From sequence record SRR20825006_104: a DNA stretch of 61,903 nucleotides; one strand, written 5' to 3'. The translations under genes were made by a program, and so were the position numbers. This document shows, piece by piece, positions 38,088 through 48,762 of the stretch. Numbering within the stretch: the first letter of the stretch is position 1; the number at the start of each line of letters is the position of its first letter. The notes beneath the pieces are model-generated. The model was not told the DNA's origin, ran no database searches, and saw only the letters and a program-made list of their open reading frames with translations.

Positions 38088-39302
38088 ATGAATAGAGTAC
38101 TTCTTTTAATTATCTGCTTGCTTCTGAATTGCACTGCAAAGGAAGCAAAACAAAATGAGAATAATCTTATTCTAATATCCTTTGATGGTTTTAGAGCTGA
38201 TTATCTATCAAAAACTGAAACACCAAACTTTGATATTCTAGCTAATCAAGGTGTTTCAACAGAGGGTTTAATTCCTGTATTTCCTTCAAAAACGTTTCCA
38301 AATCATTACGCAATTGTAACAGGTTTATATTCGGAAAATAATGGCTTAATTGGGAATAGTATGTATGATCCTGATATGGGTTTAATGTATTCGATGGGGA
38401 ATAGAGAACAAGTAGAAAATCCAGATTGGTATAAAGGTGAGCCGATCTGGAATACAGTAGAAAAACATGGTAAAAAAGCGGGGACTATGTTTTGGGTTGG
38501 CTCAGAAGCACCAGTGCAAGGCATGAGACCGAGCTATTGGAAGAATTATGATGGAAGAATGTCTGATTCTACCCGAATTGATACCGTGTTAAAGTGGATG
38601 ACTCTACCTTCTGAAAAGAGCATAGATTTAGGAACATTGTATTTCAGTTTTGTAGATTCTCAAGGGCACCGTTTTGGCCCGGATTCTCCCGAGGTTGTAG
38701 AAGCTATACAGCAAGTAGATGAATTAGTTGGTTATTTAATTGAACAATTAAAAGCGAAAGAGCTTTGGGAAACCACCAATATTATTATAGTCTCAGATCA
38801 CGGGATGTCGGACGTTTCAAGAGAAAGAATAGTGATACTGGATGATTATTTGAATGTAGATGATATCGACATTATCTCGGGTTCCCCAGCTGTAATGATG
38901 AATGCAAAAAATGGAAAGCTGAATGAAATATACAGCAGTTTAAAAGCCAATGAAGATCACTTTAAAGTGTATAAGAAAGAGGAGATCCCAGAACGATATC
39001 ATTTAAAGAAGTCAGGAAGAATGCCAGAATTATTGTTAGTTGCAGACCGAGGATACACTATCAATACCGAGGCGTATTTTGAAAACCGACCAACTGCGCC
39101 AAATGGCGGTACGCACGGGTTTGATAATGAAGACAAAGAAATGTGGGCACTATTTTTAGCTAAAGGCCCAGCTTTTAAAAAAGGAATAAAAGTAGAGGCT
39201 TTCGAAAATATACATCTTTACGCACTTATGGCTAAAATAATGAACCTTGAGCCCGCAAATAACGATGGAAATTTAGATAAAATTTCTTCAATACTGAATT
39301 AA
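38088..39302 (+). CDS. Nucleotide pyrophosphatase/phosphodiesterase (alkaline phosphatase superfamily), probable lipoprotein
   Basis: ISFDGFR, PSKTFPNHY (catalytic Thr), DSQGH, SDHGM, GTHGFD; LLLNC lipobox. Confidence 0.92.
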   Translation: MNRVLLLIICLLLNCTAKEAKQNENNLILISFDGFRADYLSKTETPNFDILANQGVSTEGLIPVFPSKTFPNHYAIVTGLYSENNGLIGNSMYDPDMGLMYSMGNREQVENPDWYKGEPIWNTVEKHGKKAGTMFWVGSEAPVQGMRPSYWKNYDGRMSDSTRIDTVLKWMTLPSEKSIDLGTLYFSFVDSQGHRFGPDSPEVVEAIQQVDELVGYLIEQLKAKELWETTNIIIVSDHGMSDVSRERIVILDDYLNVDDIDIISGSPAVMMNAKNGKLNEIYSSLKANEDHFKVYKKEEIPERYHLKKSGRMPELLLVADRGYTINTEAYFENRPTAPNGGTHGFDNEDKEMWALFLAKGPAFKKGIKVEAFENIHLYALMAKIMNLEPANNDGNLDKISSILN

Positions 39303-39376
39303 TTTGGATTGCATCTAATTGCGCAGGCTCTGATATTCCAATTGATTTAGAACAACCAATTTAAAATAACTAAATA

Positions 39377-39712
39377 ATGGCTTACGTAGTTACCGAACCT
39401 TGTATACAATGTAAATACACCAACTGTGCGGCAGTCTGCCCAGTTGATGCTTTTAGAGAAGGTCCAAATTTTCTAACAATTGATCCAAATGAATGTATTG
39501 ATTGTGATGCTTGTGTTTCAGAGTGTCCTGTTGAAGCTATTTTCCCGGATGATGAAGTCCCAGAAAAATGGGAACATTATATCGACTTGAACGAGCGTCT
39601 TGCTGAGCAATGGGAAGACAAAGTAATTAACGAAACTCACGATGAACTACCTGACGCTGAAGAGTGGGCCGCCAAAGAAGACAAATTCGATCAGCTTCAA
39701 GAAGAATGGTAG
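39377..39712 (+). CDS. fdxA: 7Fe-type ferredoxin
   Basis: CIQCKYTNCAAVCPVDAF and CIDCDACVSECPVEAI. Confidence 0.92.
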   Translation: MAYVVTEPCIQCKYTNCAAVCPVDAFREGPNFLTIDPNECIDCDACVSECPVEAIFPDDEVPEKWEHYIDLNERLAEQWEDKVINETHDELPDAEEWAAKEDKFDQLQEEW

Positions 39713-39721
39713 AAAACCCGG

Positions 39722-40558
39722 TTGAGTCCAAATAGAGTTAAATTTTCTAGTTTAGATGTTAATAATCCCCAAATTATGGGGATTATTAATGCTACCCCAG
39801 ATTCTTTCAGCGACGGCGGAAAATTCCTAGATATTTCTAAGGCTATTCAGCACATCTCTCTAATGAAAGAACAAGGCGCCACCATTATAGATATTGGTGG
39901 CGAATCTACAAGACCAGGCTCCGAGCCAGTAAATGATCTCGAAGAGTTGAAACGGGTAATTCCAATTTTGGAGGAAGCAATTACTGCTTTTCCAACACTT
40001 GTTTATTCTATTGATACAACAAAAGTAGAAGTTGCTCGGCAGGCATTACAAGCGGGGGCTAGTATAGTAAACGATGTAAGTGGTCTCCAAAAAGATGAGA
40101 TGTTGGGTGTGGTAGCCGCAGAGTTTGATGCTTCCTATGTTATTATGCACTCTCAAGGCAACCCAAAAACAATGCAAGAAAATCCAAGCTATAATGATGT
40201 AGTTGGTGATGTTTCTGCTTTTTTTGAACGTCAGATTACTCTCGCAAAGAAAATTGGAATTCAAAATATCGTTTTAGATCCAGGAATTGGTTTCGGCAAA
40301 ACGGTAGTGCAAAATCTAAAATTACTGGCTCATCTTGATAAATTCATGAAATTTGGGTTTCCTTTGTTGATTGGAGCATCACGTAAAACCATGATCGGGG
40401 AAATACTGAATGAGCCTACTCCAGAAAATCGCATTATAGGAACGGTAGCAGTACACTATGATGCCTTAACCAAAGGAGCGCGAATACTTCGTGTACATGA
40501 TGTGAAGCAAGCTTCAGATTCTATACGTATATTCAATGCAATTAAATCACAACGCTAG
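39722..40558 (+). CDS. folP: Dihydropteroate synthase
   Basis: MGIINATPDSFSDGG, DIGGESTRPG, DPGIGFGK, SRK, RVHDV. Confidence 0.96.
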   Translation: MSPNRVKFSSLDVNNPQIMGIINATPDSFSDGGKFLDISKAIQHISLMKEQGATIIDIGGESTRPGSEPVNDLEELKRVIPILEEAITAFPTLVYSIDTTKVEVARQALQAGASIVNDVSGLQKDEMLGVVAAEFDASYVIMHSQGNPKTMQENPSYNDVVGDVSAFFERQITLAKKIGIQNIVLDPGIGFGKTVVQNLKLLAHLDKFMKFGFPLLIGASRKTMIGEILNEPTPENRIIGTVAVHYDALTKGARILRVHDVKQASDSIRIFNAIKSQR

Positions 40559-40570
40559 ACCAAAAACCAC

Positions 40571-41386
40571 TTGATCCCAATCGGATTTTTAGAATTCGGA
40601 ATTAAGGATTTCATTGAAACCTTAATTATCGCCAGTGTATTAGTTTATCTATACCGGTGGATTAGAGGTACGTTTGCTATTCAGGCAACTATTGGTATCA
40701 TCGTTGTTATTCTCATCAATTTCTTTATCCGTTTACTCGGGTTTAGTACCATCAATTTTATTCTTAAAAGTATCTTAGATGTAGGGATACTCGCGGTTTT
40801 CATACTTTTTCAACCCGAAATTAGGAAACTACTTTATCGGTTGGGAAACAATACAAGTTTTGATCGATTTTTTTCGAGAGCAGACTCTTCTGAAATGATA
40901 GATGAGGTAATTGATTCTGTGAAAAAAATGGCTAAAGCTCGTACAGGGGCTTTAATTGTATTTGCTCGTTCATCATCGTTGCAGGATTTAGTTGATGCTG
41001 GTGTTAAGATAGATTCGGTAGTGAAGGCTGAACTTATTACAACTATTTTTCAGAAAGACACTCCGTTACATGATGGTGCGGTTGTGATTAGAAACAATAG
41101 AATTGTTGCGGCTAGTTGTTATTTACCAATTTCGCAGAACCCTAATATAGCTCAAGCGTTTGGAACAAGGCATAGAGCAGCTGTGGGTATAAGTGAAACC
41201 AATAATGTGTTAGTGCTTGTGGTATCGGAAGAAACAGGGCGTGTATCTATTGCTCGAAATGGAATTTTGACCAGTGGACTTACGATTCAAAAACTTCGGG
41301 CAGAAATGGAAGAAGCTTTTGGGACTACACAATTTGATGAAGAAATGACTTTCGGGTCGGCGCAGAATGAGATGAAGCTTAAATAA
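40571..41386 (+). CDS. cdaA: Diadenylate cyclase, CdaA type
   Basis: 3 N-terminal TMs, FQPEIR, PLHDGAV, GTRHRAA, VSEETG. Confidence 0.95.
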   Translation: MIPIGFLEFGIKDFIETLIIASVLVYLYRWIRGTFAIQATIGIIVVILINFFIRLLGFSTINFILKSILDVGILAVFILFQPEIRKLLYRLGNNTSFDRFFSRADSSEMIDEVIDSVKKMAKARTGALIVFARSSSLQDLVDAGVKIDSVVKAELITTIFQKDTPLHDGAVVIRNNRIVAASCYLPISQNPNIAQAFGTRHRAAVGISETNNVLVLVVSEETGRVSIARNGILTSGLTIQKLRAEMEEAFGTTQFDEEMTFGSAQNEMKLK

Positions 41387-41605
41387 GGTTTTTGCATAGT
41401 TTCTGTTGCTTAATTGAGCATCACAAATGCACAAAGAACTTCAAAGTATATATAAAAGCTCGTATAATTCTTTTTAAAAGAAGTATATAAGTTCCTTTTT
41501 AATAATTGAAATGAAACAGCTAGCGAAAAGGTTATCCAAAGAAAGACAAAAGGTTAAAAGATTTGTATCTTTATACCCTATTCGAATTTTAAAAATCATA
41601 CAGAA

Positions 41606-44311
41606 ATGACCAACAAATTTAAAAGCACTAAACAGACTTTTGATACTGGTAATGGAGAATCAAACTATTACAGTGTTCCTAAACTTAAAGAACTAGGCTA
41701 TGCTAATGTAGATAAGCTTCCCTTTTCTATTAAAATTTTGTTGGAGGCAGTCCTTCGGGAATTTGATGGTTATGTTATTACAGAAAGTGATGTTGAAGCA
41801 TTAGCTAATTATGATGCTAGTAATCCTCAAGGCGAAATTCCTTTCAAACCATCTCGTGTGGTTCTTCAGGATTTTACCGGTGTTCCTGCAGTAGTTGATT
41901 TAGCTGCTTTACGCTCTGCTATGAAAAGAATGGGTGGCGATCCAAATGCAATCAACCCTCAAGTTCCTGTAGACTTAGTAATTGATCACTCTGTTCAAGT
42001 TGACATGTTTGGCTCTGATGCAGCGCTCATGTTCAACGTAGAGAAAGAAATGGAGCGAAACCAAGAACGCTATGAGTTCTTGAAATGGGGAAAAGAAGCT
42101 TTTGATAATTTCCGCGTGGTTCCTCCAGGACGCGGTATTGTTCACCAAGTTAACCTTGAGTATTTAGGACGTGGCGTATTTACACGCGAAGAAGCTGACG
42201 GTTCGAGAACATCTTACCCAGATACTTTAGTAGGAACAGATTCTCATACTACAATGATTAACGGTCTTGGAATTTTAGGCTGGGGTGTTGGCGGTATTGA
42301 AGCGGAAGCTGCAATGCTTGGTCAGCCAATCTACATGTTAGTGCCTGAAGTTGTTGGTATGAAATTAACTGGAAAGTTGAAAGAAGGTGTTACTGCAACC
42401 GATTTAACACTTACCGTTACTGAAATGCTTAGAAAGCATGGCGTAGTTGGTAAATTTGTTGAGTTCTACGGTGCAGGTATCAGCAACATGAGTTTACCTG
42501 ATCGTGCAACTATCGCTAACATGGCTCCAGAATATGGCGCGACAATGGGCTTCTTCCCAATTGATAGCGAAGCTTTACGCTACATGCACAGAACTGGCCG
42601 TCCAGATGAGTTGGTTCAACTAGTAGAAAATTATACGAAAGTTCAAGGTTTATATAGAACCGATGATACACCAGATCCAGTTTTTGCTTCAACTTTAGAG
42701 CTTGATTTAGGCACTGTTGAAACATCACTTGCAGGCCCAAAACGTCCTCAAGATCGTATCACGTTAAAGAACATGAAGACAACTTTTGAAAACTCTTTGT
42801 CTAGCAACGATGCTACCATGGGCTTTAATTTAGCGAAAGATAAACTATCTAATAAAGGCATTTACAAAAATGGCCAAGAGATAGAGATGCATCACGGGGA
42901 TGTTGCTATTGCAGCAATCACAAGTTGTACCAACACATCTAACCCAAGTGTTATGTTAGGTGCGGGTATTGTAGCTAAAAAAGCCGTAGAGAAAGGCTTG
43001 AAAGTTCCTGCTTACGTTAAAACATCCTTGGCTCCAGGCTCTAGAGTTGTTACAGAATATTTGAATGAAGCAGGACTTACTCAATACTTAGACAAATTAG
43101 GCTTTAATCTTGTTGGTTATGGATGTACAACTTGTATCGGTAACTCGGGTCCATTACCAGCACCCGTAGAGAAAGCAATTCGTGAAGGTGACTTAATCGC
43201 AGCAGGTGTGCTTTCTGGTAATAGAAACTTTGAAGGGCGTATTCATCCTTATGTAAAAGCAAATTATCTTGCTTCTCCGCCTCTTGTTGTAGCTTATGCT
43301 TTGGCAGGAACGGTTAATATTGACTTGTCTACAGAACCTCTTGGAAAAGATAAAGAAGGCAACGATGTATACTTGAAAGACATCTGGCCAACAACGGCTG
43401 AGATTGCTGCAGAGCTAGATAACGCCATTCGTCCTGATCTTTTTGAAAAGATGTACGGTGATATTTTTGACTCTCCAACATGGGAAGCAATTCCAGTTTC
43501 AGGTGGCGAATTATTCGATTGGAAAGAAGAGTCGACATACATTCAAGAACCTCCTTTCTTCATGAATACTAAGGAAGTAGCAGAGCCAATCAAATCTATC
43601 GAAAGTGCTCGTACTTTGGTTATGGTTGGAGATTCTATTACCACCGATCATATTTCACCAGCCGGTAATATTGAAGAAGATGCACCAGCAGGTGAGTTCT
43701 TAAAAGCAAATGGCGTTGATCGCAACGATTTCAACTCTTATGGTTCTCGTCGTGGTAATGACCGTATTATGACTCGTGGAACTTTTGCAAACGTACGTTT
43801 CAAAAACAAATTGGCTCCAGGCACTGAAGGTGGTTTCACCAAGTATCATCCAACTGGTGAAGTTACTACTATCTTTGACGCTTCATTGAAGTATAAAGAA
43901 ACTGGAACTCCACTTATCGGAATAGTTGGTAAAGAATATGGAACGGGTTCTTCTCGTGACTGGGCTGCAAAAGGAACTATCCTTTTAGGAATCAAATCAA
44001 TTATTGCTGAATCTTATGAGCGCATTCACCGATCTAACCTAGTTGGTATGGGTGTTCTTCCTCTTCAATTTCAAGAAGGTGAAACACCAGCAACACTTGG
44101 TTTAGACGGATCAGAATCTTTCACTATACATTTAGATGATAGCCTAAAAGCTCGCCAAGATGTTAATGTGACAGCTAAGAAAGCAGACGGAACAGAGATT
44201 AATTTTTCTACAAAATGTAGAATCGATACTCCTGTTGAAGTAGATTATTACCGTAATGGTGGTATCCTGCATACGGTTCTTTTAGATTACTTAAAGAAAA
44301 GCCGTAGCTAA
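41606..44311 (+). CDS. acnA: Aconitate hydratase A
   Basis: [56 protein letters not shown]. Confidence 0.98.
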   Translation: MTNKFKSTKQTFDTGNGESNYYSVPKLKELGYANVDKLPFSIKILLEAVLREFDGYVITESDVEALANYDASNPQGEIPFKPSRVVLQDFTGVPAVVDLAALRSAMKRMGGDPNAINPQVPVDLVIDHSVQVDMFGSDAALMFNVEKEMERNQERYEFLKWGKEAFDNFRVVPPGRGIVHQVNLEYLGRGVFTREEADGSRTSYPDTLVGTDSHTTMINGLGILGWGVGGIEAEAAMLGQPIYMLVPEVVGMKLTGKLKEGVTATDLTLTVTEMLRKHGVVGKFVEFYGAGISNMSLPDRATIANMAPEYGATMGFFPIDSEALRYMHRTGRPDELVQLVENYTKVQGLYRTDDTPDPVFASTLELDLGTVETSLAGPKRPQDRITLKNMKTTFENSLSSNDATMGFNLAKDKLSNKGIYKNGQEIEMHHGDVAIAAITSCTNTSNPSVMLGAGIVAKKAVEKGLKVPAYVKTSLAPGSRVVTEYLNEAGLTQYLDKLGFNLVGYGCTTCIGNSGPLPAPVEKAIREGDLIAAGVLSGNRNFEGRIHPYVKANYLASPPLVVAYALAGTVNIDLSTEPLGKDKEGNDVYLKDIWPTTAEIAAELDNAIRPDLFEKMYGDIFDSPTWEAIPVSGGELFDWKEESTYIQEPPFFMNTKEVAEPIKSIESARTLVMVGDSITTDHISPAGNIEEDAPAGEFLKANGVDRNDFNSYGSRRGNDRIMTRGTFANVRFKNKLAPGTEGGFTKYHPTGEVTTIFDASLKYKETGTPLIGIVGKEYGTGSSRDWAAKGTILLGIKSIIAESYERIHRSNLVGMGVLPLQFQEGETPATLGLDGSESFTIHLDDSLKARQDVNVTAKKADGTEINFSTKCRIDTPVEVDYYRNGGILHTVLLDYLKKSRS

Positions 44312-44342
44312 GATTCTTTCTGAATCTGTTAGTTTTTAATTT

Positions 44343-44376
44343 AAAAGCCTTGTCATTTTTAATGGCAAGGCTTTTT
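44343..44376 (+). terminator. Intrinsic terminator after acnA
   Basis: AAAAGCCTTGTCATT-TTT-AATGGCAAGGCTTTT-T. Confidence 0.85.
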
Positions 44377-44422
44377 ATTTGGAACTCAATCCTAACATAA
44401 AAATCAATTTCGTTTTTTTATA

Positions 44423-45604
44423 TTGTTATCAAACAATTTAGGATTGGCTACGAAAGAGGACGAGAAATATAAAATTGCTAACGGTGTTGGAAACAATTCC
44501 AATTATCGACTTTTACTGGAAGCGGTAGAAGGCATAAATCGTACCTTTGAGTTAAAAGACTTACTTAAAAAATGCATGGATGCCACATGCATTGTGATGA
44601 ATACCGAGGCGAGCTCATTAATGTTAGTAGACGAAGCTACTGGCAGGCTAAACATCAGTATTCCAACAGGGCCTATTCAAGATCAAATTGTTGGTTTTAG
44701 CATTCCTAAAGATAAAGGCATTGGTGCTTGGGTTATCAAGAATAACAATCCATACATTTCTAATAAAATTGACGATAGTGAATTTTTTTGGAAGGATTTA
44801 TCTAGCGATTTTACCACACGAAATATTATCTGCGTACCGCTTAAAAACCAAGATGGTGACGCATTTGGTGTTCTACAGGCTGTAAATAGAAAGAACGACG
44901 TTCCTTTTGATGATAGCGATGTTTTTGTATTTGAAACCTTGGCAGAACATGTAGCGCTAGCTGTACATCGCTCGCATAAATATGAAAAATTACTGAATAA
45001 GCTAGATGAAAAAACTACTCAACTAGCAGAAGTTCATCATCGCCTAAGAAATAACTTAGCTACTATTTCGGCTTTAATAGAATTAGAGCTAGACGGAATT
45101 GATGATGAAAATTCATTAGGGGTGTTGAAGGCAACAAACTCAAGAATTAGATCTGTTGCTGATGTCCATTCTATGTTGTATGACTCAAAAGAAACAGGCA
45201 CTGTAGAGCTAAATAACTACTTAGTAAATATTGTGCAAAATGTTGCTCGTATCTATGACGACGCAAATAAGGACATAAAAATAAGTTATAACATTGCGGA
45301 ATATAGTCTTGATGTAAATAGAGCAGTTTTATGCGGTTTAATTTTAAACGAACTCGCAGTAAACTCGTTCAAACATGCTTTTCAGGATAAAAAAGCAGGC
45401 AAAATAAATATCTCGGTGCGTAATATAGAAAACGAAAAACTAATTATTGAGATATCCGACAACGGGGTTGGGATGAACTTTGATGAAAAAGGCCCTAAAA
45501 GCTTATTTATTATCAAAGCGCTCTCACGCAAGTTAAATGCTAGAGTTGGGCTGTCGGATAAGTTTGTTGATGGGTCTAAAATTTCCGTAGAGTTTACTAT
45601 TTAG
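44423..45604 (+). CDS. Cytoplasmic GAF plus HisKA_2/HWE-type histidine kinase
   Basis: GAF (KGIGAWV, TRNIICVPL, GVLQAVN), EVHHRLRNNL, NELAVNSFKHAF, DNGVG. Confidence 0.85.
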   Translation: MLSNNLGLATKEDEKYKIANGVGNNSNYRLLLEAVEGINRTFELKDLLKKCMDATCIVMNTEASSLMLVDEATGRLNISIPTGPIQDQIVGFSIPKDKGIGAWVIKNNNPYISNKIDDSEFFWKDLSSDFTTRNIICVPLKNQDGDAFGVLQAVNRKNDVPFDDSDVFVFETLAEHVALAVHRSHKYEKLLNKLDEKTTQLAEVHHRLRNNLATISALIELELDGIDDENSLGVLKATNSRIRSVADVHSMLYDSKETGTVELNNYLVNIVQNVARIYDDANKDIKISYNIAEYSLDVNRAVLCGLILNELAVNSFKHAFQDKKAGKINISVRNIENEKLIIEISDNGVGMNFDEKGPKSLFIIKALSRKLNARVGLSDKFVDGSKISVEFTI

Positions 45605-45613
45605 AAACTGGCT

Positions 45614-46765
45614 TCAAATTACTTTAACTAATCCTCGCATTGCAAACTGCTCTGCTGCAAGCTTTCGCAAAGGCGTATTAAGAAGTACAGAAATGAACGC
45701 TTTTTTAAAGAAAGGTATGGTTCGTTTTCTACCCAATCTCATATTCCACTCTGCTCTTAACGCAACTTTTTTTGAAATCAACTGCTGCTCTTTCTGATAT
45801 TGTGAAAGGTAGTGTTCCGCTTTAGTTGGTTGTTCTTGAATCGAGGACAATGCTTGCGACAGCTTCCACGCGCCAATCCATCCTAAGTTCATTCCTTGTC
45901 CTCCAATCGGGCTAACAACATGAGCGGAATCGCCAGCGAGTATAATTCTATTTTTGAAAAACTGTTCAGCCCTAAAGTATTGAACTCCAAAACTACTCAG
46001 CATGGTGCATTTTGTATCAGATAAATCGTAGCTTAATCGTTTACGGATTAACTCCGCTAACAAAGCTTGAGTCGGTTTATTGACAAACCTTTCGGTTTTA
46101 ACCACCCATCGTCTCATCCCATTAGGCAGTGGGAAGCACTCAAGCATTCCGTCCTTAGGAAGGAAAACAGTGGCTTTAGATCCAAATTCTGTTGTGTCTT
46201 CGAAGTCACCCATGATGTAAGTGTCGGGATATCTCTTCCCTCCAAAAAAGATACCCGTCTTTTGCCTAATCAAACTGTTTTTACCATCACAACCAACTAG
46301 GAAGTCGGAAGATATCTGAAATTCACGACCATCTTTTTTATACCAACACACTACTTCCTTTTCATCATGGCGAATATCGGTTACCTCTGCTTCTTGAATA
46401 AGTCCGCTTGGATTTAGAGCCAGAAATGTTTCTTTCAAGATTTGTTCTGTTTTAAACTGCGGACATGAAAGAATGAAGTTGTATGGCTCCTTGAGGGAGC
46501 TGAAATCTATCTCACCAAGCTTGCGGACGCCATCATGGGCAATGCCTTTTTGAATATGAATTCCCGCTTCTAAAAACTCTGTTTCCATTCCAAGTAATTG
46601 AAACAACTCCATTGAGATGGGATGAATTCCTAACGATCTGGAGTCGGGGACGGGAGCAGCTCTTCGTTCAATGATGAAGCAAGAAATGTTTAGCTTTGCG
46701 AGTGCTATACCAAGGAAAAGTCCAACAGGGCCACCACCTACAATGCAGACACTAATTTTAGGCAT
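45614..46765 (-). CDS. FAD-dependent monooxygenase
   Basis: VGGGPVG, VGCDGKNS.IR, LAGDSAHVVSPIGGQGMNLG. Confidence 0.9.
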   Translation of the reverse strand: MPKISVCIVGGGPVGLFLGIALAKLNISCFIIERRAAPVPDSRSLGIHPISMELFQLLGMETEFLEAGIHIQKGIAHDGVRKLGEIDFSSLKEPYNFILSCPQFKTEQILKETFLALNPSGLIQEAEVTDIRHDEKEVVCWYKKDGREFQISSDFLVGCDGKNSLIRQKTGIFFGGKRYPDTYIMGDFEDTTEFGSKATVFLPKDGMLECFPLPNGMRRWVVKTERFVNKPTQALLAELIRKRLSYDLSDTKCTMLSSFGVQYFRAEQFFKNRIILAGDSAHVVSPIGGQGMNLGWIGAWKLSQALSSIQEQPTKAEHYLSQYQKEQQLISKKVALRAEWNMRLGRKRTIPFFKKAFISVLLNTPLRKLAAEQFAMRGLVKVI

Positions 46766-47459
46766 CTTTTGAATAGCTGAGGATTAACCGAAAAGGAAAT
46801 AAGCGTTGTACATTCCATTTCTCGGGAATTACATGTTTCAATTCTGAAAAAGTAAAAGACCTTTTTACGGAAGTGAGTCCATCTTGGGTGATGAAAGAGT
46901 TTCTGAAAAGTAACCTAGAGAAGATGTTAAAAAGTGCGTATCCAATATCACTTCGTTCGATATCATTAAAAATAACTTTTTTACTCGCTAAGGAAGTCGC
47001 TTCGTCTAAGAACTTTGAAAATGTATCAGAATCGAGATGGTGTAGAACATGATTTGAAATCACAAAATCGAAGGTTCTATTTTCTAGAACTAATTGGGTG
47101 GAGCTGCAATGTTTAAACTCAATTTTTGGATGAGGCTCTAGCTTGGAAACGAAATCAAGAGCTCGTACATCTAGTTCAATTGCAGTGATTTTTAAATTAA
47201 GGCCATCATTCTGAGCCCATTTAGCAAGCGAAAAAGGAATATCACCTCCGCCAAAACCGATATCGAGTAGCGTAAATTCTCTATTGTGCTCTTGCATCAA
47301 AGGTCGGAGTTGGATTGTATAAATTCTTCTCCATTGAGAAAGAATTCCATTAATCCTGTAAAACTGGCGGTATGTATTCTCTAGTTTGTACTGATTGCAA
47401 TCATCCCTATCCATTAGTTCAACTAAATCAGTTCGGCGGGTTTTGAGAAAAAGTGGCAT
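46758..47459 (-). CDS. SAM-dependent methyltransferase
   Basis: ELMD, LLDIGFGGGD, FDFVISNHVLHHL, DGLTSVKRSF. Confidence 0.88.
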   Translation of the reverse strand: MPLFLKTRRTDLVELMDRDDCNQYKLENTYRQFYRINGILSQWRRIYTIQLRPLMQEHNREFTLLDIGFGGGDIPFSLAKWAQNDGLNLKITAIELDVRALDFVSKLEPHPKIEFKHCSSTQLVLENRTFDFVISNHVLHHLDSDTFSKFLDEATSLASKKVIFNDIERSDIGYALFNIFSRLLFRNSFITQDGLTSVKRSFTFSELKHVIPEKWNVQRLFPFRLILSYSKDA

Positions 47460-47461
47460 AA

Positions 47462-48562
47462 CTAAGAGTTAATCATAGTGAAAAGTCCGGACTCTATCGT
47501 TAATCCTGGCCCAAAAGCCATCGGCAGAATAGTAGTATCCGTTTCTAAATTAGATTTCAGAATTTCCTCTAACACAAATAGAATGGTTGCACTGCTCATG
47601 TTTCCGAATTTAGAAAGCACTTTTCGTGAGGCTTCAACCTGTAAATCAGCAAGCTCCATTGATTTTTGAACTTTATCGACAATGGCTCGGCCACCTGGAT
47701 GTACAGCCCATAGATCTACGGCATTAGCAGAGATTGAAAGTGAAGAAAATAAAGGATCGATTACAGAAGCTAAGTTAGCAGAAATGATATCTGGAACGTA
47801 ACTAGAAAGAGTCATCTGAAAACCAGTATTGCCGATAGTCCACGCCATATCTTGTTCGCCTTCATAGGCAAGAGAGGAGGCGAAGGCATTCATCCTAAAT
47901 CCTTTTTGGGTAGGTTTTTGAGACGAAACCAAAACACCAGCGGCCCCGTCTGCAAATACAGAAGAAGCTAGTAGATTATCAATATCATTTTCGGATTGAA
48001 TGTGAATGGTGCATAATTCCGCACAGATTACCAATACACAAGCATTAGGATCGGCTTCGCAAAATGCAGCGGCCATTTTAAGAGCAGGAAATGCCGCATA
48101 GCATCCCATAAACCCGATGTGAAATCGCTGGGTAGATGCAGATAAGCCTAAACCTTTTACCACCTCGAAATCAGGTCCTGGCGCAAAAAAACCAGTACAA
48201 GAAACCGTAATTACGTGGGTTATTTTAGATTTATCGATTTCTGGATTTTGTAGCAGTAATTTTTTCCCAACTTCTAAAAATAATGAGGTGGCTTCTGTTT
48301 TATATAAGACATTTCTTTCAGCGGTAGAAGGAGTATCTTTGCCACTTAATGCTCTGCTGAAGAATGCATCGTCGTTCTTTTCTAGGAAATCGCGTATTAC
48401 TGTATGGCGTTTCTCAATTCCAGATTGAGTATAAATTCGGTGGATAATGGCTTCCGTTTTTCTATCCCTTGCCAAGCGTTCTTTCATAATCTCCCGAATG
48501 GTTTGTTGGGGAATAGCGGTATCGGGATTAGCGATTATAATGTCGTGGATATATGCGGGCAT
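47462..48562 (-). CDS. Type III polyketide synthase
   Basis: Catalytic triad motifs FMGCYA, VHPGG, GNMSS; also SCTG, FADGA, AFGPGL. Confidence 0.95.
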   Translation of the reverse strand: MPAYIHDIIIANPDTAIPQQTIREIMKERLARDRKTEAIIHRIYTQSGIEKRHTVIRDFLEKNDDAFFSRALSGKDTPSTAERNVLYKTEATSLFLEVGKKLLLQNPEIDKSKITHVITVSCTGFFAPGPDFEVVKGLGLSASTQRFHIGFMGCYAAFPALKMAAAFCEADPNACVLVICAELCTIHIQSENDIDNLLASSVFADGAAGVLVSSQKPTQKGFRMNAFASSLAYEGEQDMAWTIGNTGFQMTLSSYVPDIISANLASVIDPLFSSLSISANAVDLWAVHPGGRAIVDKVQKSMELADLQVEASRKVLSKFGNMSSATILFVLEEILKSNLETDTTILPMAFGPGLTIESGLFTMINS

Positions 48563-48762
48563 AGAACAGAATACAAGTTTGGCACTGCATTTAAAACCTT
48601 TGATTTTTTGGGAAGGTTCGGTTAAGGGAAAATTATTTAAAAGCAGTAAACAAATGATGAGTTAAGAGTTGTTTATATTGTAACTCAAGTCATAAATAAT
48701 TAACCTGCTTAGGTTGAAATTACAAGCTCAAATATTGATGTGACTTTAGGTGAAAACGAAAG

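Noticed and set aside
41390-41436. Imperfect long hairpin between cdaA and acnA as an IRE-like element or riboswitch
   Set aside because: No CAGUG-type loop or recognisable riboswitch core; more likely a 3' end structure of the upstream transcript
48577-48595. TTGGCACTGCATTTAA as a second sigma-54 promoter
   Set aside because: The -12 element lacks TTG[C/A] and the site is far from the next start codon
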